Assembly (NCBI GenBank): GCA_903952265.1
Contig: CAJBEU010000001.1
Coordinates: 51,992-115,991, forward strand
Origin: an uncultured Rickettsiales bacterium
Lineage (GTDB): Bacteria > Pseudomonadota > Alphaproteobacteria > Rickettsiales > Rickettsiaceae
Direction: 5' to 3'
DNA: 64,000 nt
The translations under genes and the position numbers were made by a program. The notes under the pieces are model-generated. The model had not been told where the DNA came from, did not search any database, and saw nothing but the letters and a program-made list of their open reading frames with translations. Shown here one piece after another: positions 32,542 to 39,627 of the stretch (position 1 is the stretch's first letter; each line of letters opens with the position of its first letter).

Positions 32542-33954
32542 ATGAGCACTCAAATTGGGGGTCTTGGGCTTTTTAACGTTGAACGTGAGATGAAGCTTTT
32601 GCTTCAAAGATCTCAAGATTCTTCTAGGGCTGGCGTGCCTTTGCGCACAGTTTATGAATCTGTGGCTGTCTCGGGCAATCTTTATAACCTGAAACAAGGC
32701 CTTTCTTGTGATGTTGCGTTAAGCATTCCAAAGCAATTATGTGATGCTACTAGCAGGGCTAGTGATGCTCAAATTCTGGACGAGTATTCATCAAGAATTC
32801 ATGCAGCCCTTGTTGAGCAAGATGGTAGATATTCTATTCTTAAAAAGATGGAAGAGTTTTGTCAGATGGGGAAAGCTGGTCCTGCTAATTCTGCCAATCA
32901 GTGCTCTGAAAAAACTATGGATACTCTCCAGGATTTGACAAATAAATTTAACGAGTCCTACAAATTTCTCTCGGATCTGCAAGTTCAGGTCTTTGAGTCC
33001 ATAAAGGTAGAAATTGAGTCTGTTAACAAATCAATTACCGGTCTCTTTGGGCAATATGAGGACATGAAGAAATCCAGTCACTCTAACAGAGCTTTGATGA
33101 CGGGAAGGTACTATGATGGCTTACTTGAGCTTTCTGAAAGCATCGGAATTGAAATTCCTTTAAGTGGAATTGAGGATGGCGACATGCCTTCCAAGGTTTC
33201 AGTAAAAGCGCCAGGGCGCGTTTTAGAAGATGTACTCAAGTCTAAGTTAGTTCTTGGAGTCGAACTTGTGGATCCTAACGAGTGTCTGGATGCTATCCAG
33301 ATTTTAATAAAAAATTACGACTCTTCTGACTCTGGATCTGAAAAAATTGATGGTATTTTATACGCTGATCTTTCTAAGGAACCCAGTTCAGATAAAGACT
33401 TTATTGATGGAAAGATAACTACTAATGTAGGCGAAAAAACTCTTTTGGTGGTTGATTCTTCTAAAGCTCAGGCGCAGGGAAAGCTTGGCGCTTTGCTAAG
33501 GCTCTATACAAATGTCATTCCGAGGCAACAGTGGCGTTTGCATAAACTTGGAGGGATAGTGTTGAAGAATGCTGTTGTGGATTTTAAGGACGGAAAGGTT
33601 AGCGTTAGAAACGGGCTTGATGTTGCTAAAATCTTTGATACTTTGCCTAGCATTGTCAATTTTACTAGTAATGCTAAATCACAGTCAGCGATAGACCTCG
33701 CCATTGATAGTTTTACAAAAAATCTGAGTGAAATTTCAGAAATGCGTAGGTCCTTTATTGAAGGGAAGAAGGTTGCTGAGGATTTGTTAGAGCGCGCTCA
33801 ATCTGAGAGAGAGAATTTTGTAAAGATTAGCCAAAACGAATACATGGAGCGTATGCGGGAGCTCAATATGCAAAAAGAACTATTGATGAGAATTTTGGAT
33901 ACAATGATGAATTTTTATAAAAGCGTTGCCAAACTTGGGTCGTCCGTAGGCTAA
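32542..33954 (+). CDS. Hypothetical protein; putative highly diverged flagellar hook-associated protein 1 (FlgK-like)
   Basis: 470 aa with helical termini and a beta-rich middle. GKLGALLRLYTNVIPRQQWRLHKLGGIV resembles the FlgK GxLGGLLxFRxxxLDxxRNxLxQLA motif. N-terminal SQDSSRAGVPLRT compares with SxNIAxxxxPGYxR, and C-terminal NEYMERMRELNMQKELLMRILDTMMN compares with the FlgK DEE..NL..FQ..Y....+.I...DEMLDTL tail. All comparisons are from memory. Confidence 0.5.
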   Translation: MSTQIGGLGLFNVEREMKLLLQRSQDSSRAGVPLRTVYESVAVSGNLYNLKQGLSCDVALSIPKQLCDATSRASDAQILDEYSSRIHAALVEQDGRYSILKKMEEFCQMGKAGPANSANQCSEKTMDTLQDLTNKFNESYKFLSDLQVQVFESIKVEIESVNKSITGLFGQYEDMKKSSHSNRALMTGRYYDGLLELSESIGIEIPLSGIEDGDMPSKVSVKAPGRVLEDVLKSKLVLGVELVDPNECLDAIQILIKNYDSSDSGSEKIDGILYADLSKEPSSDKDFIDGKITTNVGEKTLLVVDSSKAQAQGKLGALLRLYTNVIPRQQWRLHKLGGIVLKNAVVDFKDGKVSVRNGLDVAKIFDTLPSIVNFTSNAKSQSAIDLAIDSFTKNLSEISEMRRSFIEGKKVAEDLLERAQSERENFVKISQNEYMERMRELNMQKELLMRILDTMMNFYKSVAKLGSSVG

Positions 33955-33976
33955 TAATTAATAATAATAAATTTAA

Positions 33977-34798
33977 ATGGGGCGATATTATATGCGAATT
34001 CCATCAATGACGAGCATACCACATGGGTCTGCTTCGATTATGCATCTTAGAAAGCTTGAAAATGGATATGCCAGAGCTTTGGATAGATCTAAAGAAAATG
34101 AGGATATTGTGCATCTTGAAGAGATGTCTCACAGCGAGCGCATGGAGTTTCTAAAACACGACGGTGCCTTAAGACAATTGCAGCAAGATAATGAGCGTGC
34201 TGACTTTGCTAAAGTAGAAGTTACAAGGGTTCTCGACAGAGTCAGATCAATTCGTAAAGACATGCAAAGTCTCTATAATTTAGAACTGAAGATAGATAAA
34301 TGCACCGATCCTGTAAGGCTTTTGGCTATGAATTATGCTTTCCAAAAACAGCAGCTAGCCCTACAGGATAAGATTTTCGATCTTGCTGATTCCTTAAAGT
34401 CCAGTGATTTTTATGATGGATCTCTCATAGCCATTGAGATTAGGCCTGGGTATACTGTCAATAGTTCGTCAGAGGGCTCGACCTTAGAAGTGCTACAGTT
34501 CGTGGGACTCAATGTTGTGGGGCCGGGCTTTTCTTTTAGCAACAGAATTAAGTACTTAGACCTGATTCTTATCCCTCACTTAAGTCAAGATATGGAAACT
34601 TGTGATAGGGCTCGAGAGGTGATTGATGCAGAGATAAAAATGCATAAATCTATAATTTCTAAATTGCACGTAAGTCAGGACAATAGGAAATTACAGCGGG
34701 CTGATGCTAAGAATAGGCTAGATAGCTTTCTTATGTTTCTTTGGGATCAGATGAGATGGTCCAGAGATATGATGAAGATGATGCAGGGAATGTCATAA
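33977..34798 (+). CDS. Hypothetical protein; putative highly diverged flagellar hook-associated protein 3 (FlgL/flagellin-family-like)
   Basis: An internal ATG at 33992 gives an MRIPSMTS start, like the MRI(S/T) start of FlgL/flagellins. Helical N-terminal region with a VLDRVRSIRKDMQSLYN segment. The C-terminus MMQGMS resembles the enterobacterial FlgL tail DMQGMS. Follows the FlgK-like ORF as in flgK-flgL pairs. Confidence 0.45.
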   Translation: MGRYYMRIPSMTSIPHGSASIMHLRKLENGYARALDRSKENEDIVHLEEMSHSERMEFLKHDGALRQLQQDNERADFAKVEVTRVLDRVRSIRKDMQSLYNLELKIDKCTDPVRLLAMNYAFQKQQLALQDKIFDLADSLKSSDFYDGSLIAIEIRPGYTVNSSSEGSTLEVLQFVGLNVVGPGFSFSNRIKYLDLILIPHLSQDMETCDRAREVIDAEIKMHKSIISKLHVSQDNRKLQRADAKNRLDSFLMFLWDQMRWSRDMMKMMQGMS

Positions 34799-34825
34799 TT
34801 TTATTAACTTCGTGAATATGTTTTT

Positions 34826-35149
34826 ATGTTTGCTATAATTAAAACTGGCGGAAAGCAGTATAAGGTGGAGCCCGGGAGCGTCTTGCAGGTTGAAAAACTT
34901 GATTTTCCGACCGGTTCCCACAACCAGATCAATGACGTCTTGTTGCTATCGAACAACCTTGCACTATCTGTTGGAGCTCCTTTTGTGGAGGGTGCGTCTG
35001 TTATGATAGAGGTAGTTGAACATTTGCGAGAAGATAAAATTATTGTTTTCAAGAAAAAGCAAAGAGCAAACTACCGAAGAAAGCACGGGCACAAGCAGCT
35101 TAAGACAAAAATCAGAATTTTGGACATAGTGTGCCAGGGTTCTGTATAA
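34826..35149 (+). CDS. rplU: 50S ribosomal protein L21
   Basis: MFAIIKTGGKQYKV N-terminus; 107 aa. Confidence 0.95.
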   Translation: MFAIIKTGGKQYKVEPGSVLQVEKLDFPTGSHNQINDVLLLSNNLALSVGAPFVEGASVMIEVVEHLREDKIIVFKKKQRANYRRKHGHKQLKTKIRILDIVCQGSV

Positions 35150-35182
35150 ATAGGCGTTATTTTATTTAAATATTGTTGAAAT

Positions 35183-35446
35183 ATGGCTACCAAAAAATCT
35201 GGAGGCACCTCCAGTAATGGAAGGGATTCTGCTGGTCGTAGACTTGGAGTAAAATGTTCAGATGGACAGTTCGTACCTGCTGGGAGCATCATAGTGCGTC
35301 AGAGGGGGACCAAATTTCTTTCTGGGTCTGGTGTGGGCTTAGGGCGGGATCATACAATCTTTGCAAAGCAGCCCGGAGTGGTGAAATTTCTTAGAACCGT
35401 GAGAAACAGGGTCTCTATTTCTGTTATTGAATTAAGTGTTCTGTAG
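35183..35446 (+). CDS. rpmA: 50S ribosomal protein L27
   Basis: [24 protein letters not shown]; 87 aa. Confidence 0.95.
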   Translation: MATKKSGGTSSNGRDSAGRRLGVKCSDGQFVPAGSIIVRQRGTKFLSGSGVGLGRDHTIFAKQPGVVKFLRTVRNRVSISVIELSVL

Positions 35447-35462
35447 AAAGCTTTCTGCCTTG

Positions 35463-35528
35463 TGGTATAGATTTTTTCAGGAAACTCGAGCGGCCTTTTT
35501 GTTTGCCTGATACCATGTTGTGTGTTTT
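35463..35528 (+). terminator. Extended imperfect hairpin after rpmA followed by a T-rich run (possible terminator)
   Basis: TGGTAT(35463-68)...CAGGAAAC...GTTTGCCTG...ATACCA(35510-15), then tgttgtgtgtttt. Confidence 0.35.
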
Positions 35529-35648
35529 AAGTGGGCATCCTTTGGTAAAAAGCTGCCCTACATTGAGTAAGCTCTCTGTATAGCTGGGGGTCTTAGAATG
35601 CTTCTGTTTGTTTAACCAAATCTGACCTCAAACGAACAATACGACTCT

Positions 35649-35684
35649 AAAAAAGGGAGCTTTTCTGTTGCTTGGCAAGCCCCC
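35649..35684 (-). terminator. Rho-independent terminator ending the tmRNA coding piece
   Basis: Minus strand GGGGGCUU-(14 nt loop)-AAGCUCCC followed by UUUUUU. Confidence 0.6.
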
Positions 35685-35930
35685 ACAGCCACCGGTGGTT
35701 AGCAGCACTTAAGCTGCTAGAGCCATCCTTTTGTTGTTGTCGTTTCCGTTTAAGAAACTTGATCTTTATTTTGGAAAACCAAAACAGGTGATCATTCCTG
35801 AGCAAAAGTCACTCCTTTATTCAGCATGTCGATCCTAATTCATCCCCATTTGGTGGAGATGCCGGGTACTGCCCCCGGGTCCATTACTGCTATTTCAAAT
35901 GCCATTTATTGCCATAGCTTTGCAGCAATA
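35649..35930 (-). ncRNA. ssrA: Circularly permuted (two-piece) tmRNA gene: acceptor piece about 35851-35926, 3-nt spacer, coding piece 35847-35649
   Basis: On the minus strand, ...GGAC-CCGGG-GGCAGUA-CCCGG-CAUCUCC-ACCA (CCA at 35851-35853) is followed by AAU. Then comes GGGGAUGAAUUAGGAUCGAC, resembling the canonical tmRNA 5' end GGGGCUGAUUCUGGAUUCGAC. GGGGAUG pairs with CAUCUCC, giving the G3:U70 alanine identity pair. Tag frame ..AAC GAC AAC AAC AAA AGG AUG GCU CUA GCA GCU UAA (..NDNNKRMALAA*, stop at 35709-35711), with the stop inside an AGCAGC-UUAAGU-GCUGCU hairpin. The 5' boundary is guessed from a TTGCTA-N17-TAAAGT promoter-like element. Confidence 0.8.
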
Positions 35931-36082
35931 CGACTTTATTACCTATTTTGGTTGATAGCAAGGGGTAGTTTTTATTTAGATTTGATTGACCAGCATACAG
36001 GGATTTTATCCTTTAGCTACTTTTGGATTATTTGTTATTTTTGTTATATCATTACTTTTCTTAATTAAATTTTACTTTTACT

Positions 36083-37102
36083 ATGGGTAACGGTGTTACG
36101 GACCTTGTAATAATAGGAGGAGGGCCGGTTGGTTTATTTGCTGTATTTCAGGCCGGAATGCTTGGAATGAAGGCTCATTTATTTGACTCTTTGCCCACAT
36201 TGGGGGGGCAATGCTCATCTTTGTATCCGCAAAAACCCATATATGACATTCCAGGGCATCCAAAAATTTTGGCAAAAGATCTGATAGAGAATTTATTGGA
36301 GCAAGCAAAGCCATTTAATCCTGTTTATCATACAAACGATCAGGTGTTAGAAATTGGAAGAGGCGAGAATCAGATATGGAAAGTATGTTCTAAAAAAGGA
36401 TGTGAAATTTATACAAAAGCTATTGTTATTGCTGCCGGAAATGGATCTATTGGCCCAAACCGTCCCGCAATTCAGGGTCTGGAAAAATTGGAAGCAAGCG
36501 GATCTATTTTATATCATTTAGATGATCCTCAGCAATTGCGTGGTCAAAATGTTGCAATTGCCGGAGGAGGGGATTCTGCAGCTGATTGGACTAATCTTTT
36601 GGGAAATGTAGCAAAAAAAGTTTATCTTATACACAGAAGAGAGAACTTTAGCTGTATGCCGTGTAGTTTAGAAAAAATAAACGAATTGTGCACAGAGGGC
36701 GCTGTTGAAATTCTTGCTCCTATGCAGGTTGAGGGATTAAAAGAATCTAATGAAACGTTAGAGGGTGCGATACTGAAAGACTCAAAAGGTGAAAAAAAGT
36801 TCTTGCAAGTAGATAAGATACTGTTTTGTTATGGCCTCAAAATGAATCTAGGGCCCATACTAGAATGGAGTATCGAATTAGTTAAGAATCAAAGTAAAAT
36901 TAAAGTAGATCCAATTACATATCAAACAAATCTTGCGGGAGTGTACGCTGTTGGGGACATAGCATTTTATGAAGGTAAGCTGAAGTTGATTTTGACTGGT
37001 TTTGCAGAAGTTGCTTCGGCTTTACATAATGCTCACAGTTATGTTTTTCCAGACAAAGTACTACGTTTTCAATATTCTACTGACGTTGGGGTGCCACATT
37101 GA
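36083..37102 (+). CDS. Ferredoxin--NADP(+) reductase, thioredoxin-reductase-like type
   Basis: Two dinucleotide-binding motifs (IIGGGPVG; IAGGGDSAADW), about 340 aa, lacking the TrxB CxxC redox motif. Confidence 0.88.
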   Translation: MGNGVTDLVIIGGGPVGLFAVFQAGMLGMKAHLFDSLPTLGGQCSSLYPQKPIYDIPGHPKILAKDLIENLLEQAKPFNPVYHTNDQVLEIGRGENQIWKVCSKKGCEIYTKAIVIAAGNGSIGPNRPAIQGLEKLEASGSILYHLDDPQQLRGQNVAIAGGGDSAADWTNLLGNVAKKVYLIHRRENFSCMPCSLEKINELCTEGAVEILAPMQVEGLKESNETLEGAILKDSKGEKKFLQVDKILFCYGLKMNLGPILEWSIELVKNQSKIKVDPITYQTNLAGVYAVGDIAFYEGKLKLILTGFAEVASALHNAHSYVFPDKVLRFQYSTDVGVPH

Positions 37103-37996
37103 ATGCAATCTGTAATTATTGATGGACGCAAAATAGCCAGTGAGTTGATGGATCGGGTAGCAAGGGTTGTGTCTTTGTTAAAAGAAGATTATTTGGTGGT
37201 GCCTAAGTTAGCCATCGTATTGGTGGGTAAGGAGGAGTCTAGTAAAATTTATGTTAGAACAAAAATTAATGAGGCCAATAAAATAGGAATTTTAACAGAT
37301 TTGATACGCTTTGAAGATGGTTGCAAAGAGTCAGAGATAATTGAAACTATAAAAAGGCTCAATGAAGCCCCCAACGTACACGGCATTATCATTCAGTCTC
37401 CGCTTTCCGCTAATTTATCATTTAAGGAGATTTCGCAAGTAGTGAATTTCAGAAAAGACGTAGATGGGTTTCACGTCATAAATGCTGGTATGTTGGACTG
37501 TAATATTGGAGAATGCTTTATTCCTTGTACTGCACTTGGATGCCTGGGTTTACTTTTTTCTGTTCATAATAGTCTAAAAGGCAAACATGTGGTGATGGTT
37601 GGCAGGTCAAATATTGTTGGACGTCCATTATCCTCTTTATTGCTGAATTTTGATGCAACTGTAACGATCTGCCATCGTGCAACACTTGATTTGGCTAGAC
37701 TAATGAGGTCTGGAGAGATTGTTATAACTGCAACTGGTGCTGCAAACCAGTTCACTAAAGAGCATTTTTCTAAAGGTGCTACTATTTTGGATGTAGGCAT
37801 TACAAGGACTGAAAATGGCATTAGAGGAGACGTAGATTTTGAGAATTTACTTGGTCACGCAGCATGTATTAGCCCGGTGCCAGGAGGGGTGGGTCCTATG
37901 ACGGTTGCTTGTTTGATGATTAACGTAGTGCGAGGTGCCTGTCTTGCTGAGGGATGTAGCTTACATCAAGGCTTATACGATACATTTCACATGTAA
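37103..37996 (+). CDS. folD: Bifunctional methylenetetrahydrofolate dehydrogenase/methenyl-THF cyclohydrolase
   Basis: IDGRKIA start, VGRSNIVGRP and PGGVGPMT motifs. The ATG abuts the preceding TGA. Confidence 0.95.
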   Translation: MQSVIIDGRKIASELMDRVARVVSLLKEDYLVVPKLAIVLVGKEESSKIYVRTKINEANKIGILTDLIRFEDGCKESEIIETIKRLNEAPNVHGIIIQSPLSANLSFKEISQVVNFRKDVDGFHVINAGMLDCNIGECFIPCTALGCLGLLFSVHNSLKGKHVVMVGRSNIVGRPLSSLLLNFDATVTICHRATLDLARLMRSGEIVITATGAANQFTKEHFSKGATILDVGITRTENGIRGDVDFENLLGHAACISPVPGGVGPMTVACLMINVVRGACLAEGCSLHQGLYDTFHM

Positions 37997-38001
37997 TTTT
38001 C

Positions 38002-38670
38002 ATGTACACTCTTTGGTATCATTCGTCTTGTCCTTTGTCTAGGCAATTAAAGTCGGTGCTTGATCATCTGTCAGTAGAGTACCACATGATAAGATCAGAT
38101 TATTGGCGACCAAATAATCAACTCTTTGATATAAGTCCGTTTGGTATGGTTCCTTTGTTAAAAACTAAAAGCATAGGAGTCATCGACGGCATGTACCCAA
38201 TTATTGAATATTTAGTTGCTACTTATCCTAACTTACATTTATTTCCCACAGCTATTGCACCCTTGTGTGAAATGCGTAGGCTGCTAGCTATTATAAATGA
38301 GAAATTTTATCTACAAGTGACTAGACGTATAGTGCAGGAAAAGTTTGTTCGTTTGATGACCGGAACTGGAAGTCCTAGAAGAGAGTATCTAAGATCTGCC
38401 TCAGTAAGGCAGGCCGGGTATCTTGATTATTTTTCTTTGATGATTAAAGAGCGTAGTTTTCTTGTTTATGACAAGATTAGTTTTTCAGATGTGGCTCTTG
38501 CTGGGCATGTATCTATTTTAGATTATTTTGGCATGATTGACTGGTATAAATATCCATTTTTGCGTTCTTGGTATCAGATTATAAAATCTCTTCCTTATTT
38601 TCGCTGTATTTTAGAAGAGAAAATAGGAAGTTTTATTCCGCCTGACTACTATTTGGATCTAGATTTTTAA
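38002..38670 (+). CDS. Glutathione S-transferase-like protein
   Basis: Thioredoxin-fold N-terminal domain (LWYHSSCPLSRQ..., FGMVPLL) plus a helical C-terminal domain; 222 aa. Confidence 0.7.
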   Translation: MYTLWYHSSCPLSRQLKSVLDHLSVEYHMIRSDYWRPNNQLFDISPFGMVPLLKTKSIGVIDGMYPIIEYLVATYPNLHLFPTAIAPLCEMRRLLAIINEKFYLQVTRRIVQEKFVRLMTGTGSPRREYLRSASVRQAGYLDYFSLMIKERSFLVYDKISFSDVALAGHVSILDYFGMIDWYKYPFLRSWYQIIKSLPYFRCILEEKIGSFIPPDYYLDLDF

Positions 38671-38693
38671 TTTTTTTAAAAACTCCTGTACTT

Positions 38694-39170
38694 ATGAGAA
38701 TCTTTGGTATTGATCCTAGCGTAAGGGTTTTGGGGTGGGGGGTTGTTGAAAAACAAGATGGATCTTTTCGATATGTAGCCAGTGATACTGTCTATACAAA
38801 TCCACAAGAAACTATGTCTATGCGCCTTTCTAAATTATTTAAAAAACTAGAGTCTCTAATTGATGAGTATTCTCCAAATTTAATTGCTATTGAGACTGCT
38901 TTTTTGAAGGATGATCCATCTGCTTTTTTAAAACTTAGTAATGTTCAAGGAGTTGTTATGGCTCTTGCTGGCATCAAAGGTATTGAGCTTAAAGAAGTTG
39001 CCCCAACTTTGGTAAAAAAAACACTTACAGGTAATGGCAGAGCTGGTAAAGAACAGGTACGCAATATGGTGGTTAATGTTTTATTAAATCAGGGCATCAA
39101 ATTTAGCAGTTATGACGAATCTGATTCTTTGGCTATTGCTTATACAGCTGGAGTTTATTTCAATCTTTAA
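38694..39170 (+). CDS. ruvC: Holliday junction resolvase RuvC
   Basis: MRIFGIDPS start and the conserved acidic residues pattern (IETAF; DESDSLAIA); 158 aa. Confidence 0.93.
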   Translation: MRIFGIDPSVRVLGWGVVEKQDGSFRYVASDTVYTNPQETMSMRLSKLFKKLESLIDEYSPNLIAIETAFLKDDPSAFLKLSNVQGVVMALAGIKGIELKEVAPTLVKKTLTGNGRAGKEQVRNMVVNVLLNQGIKFSSYDESDSLAIAYTAGVYFNL

Positions 39171-39175
39171 AAAAG

Positions 39176-39595
39176 CTATCTGGAAAGTATCAGTATCGTT
39201 ACGAGAACTACTAAAGCGCAAACTGTTGGAATCACCTTGTTAATTGCACTGTCCTCTTTGAGCATCGCTGTAGGTTTTCTCAGGATCATGTTTGTGTTTA
39301 TGTTTACAGTTTGTTGATTTTGAGGTTTTTCCTGAGGAACAGACTTAGGATTTATGCCTAGATATTGAGTGTAAATTCTGTAATAACCGTGCGCGTATAC
39401 TGGTGCGATTATTTTTGCTAGAGTTGTTACTCCTTTTTCCGGATCTTCCAGCATTTCTAGATACTCTTTGCTTATATTGAGGGCTTCGTGCGCATCATCT
39501 ATAGAGAGTAACAAAGACTGCCTTGCCGTCCTTAGCTCTACGCACGCAGATCTGTTAGGTAACATGAAATAGCTATCCTTAGTAATTTGGTTCAA
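39176..39595 (-). CDS. Helix-turn-helix domain membrane protein (RodZ-N-terminal-like)
   Basis: LRTARQSLLLSIDDAHEALNISKEYLEMLE HTH-like segment and a single C-terminal TM helix; 139 aa. Confidence 0.5.
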   Translation of the reverse strand: MNQITKDSYFMLPNRSACVELRTARQSLLLSIDDAHEALNISKEYLEMLEDPEKGVTTLAKIIAPVYAHGYYRIYTQYLGINPKSVPQEKPQNQQTVNINTNMILRKPTAMLKEDSAINKVIPTVCALVVLVTILILSR

Positions 39596-39627
39596 AAATC
39601 AACATAAAATTTGCACGAAGAAGAACT

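Noticed and set aside
31767-32697. Three minus-strand ORFs (75, 81, 80 aa) antisense to the orphan operon
   Set aside because: The plus-strand ORFs form a continuous, translationally coupled series with a strong SD and longer frames. The antisense ORFs are short, mutually unlinked and lack ribosome-binding sites.
35826-36068. 80-aa plus-strand ORF
   Set aside because: It is antisense to the tmRNA acceptor/coding junction and promoter. Its peptide (..LVEMPGTAPGS..) is just the reverse complement of the tRNA-like domain.
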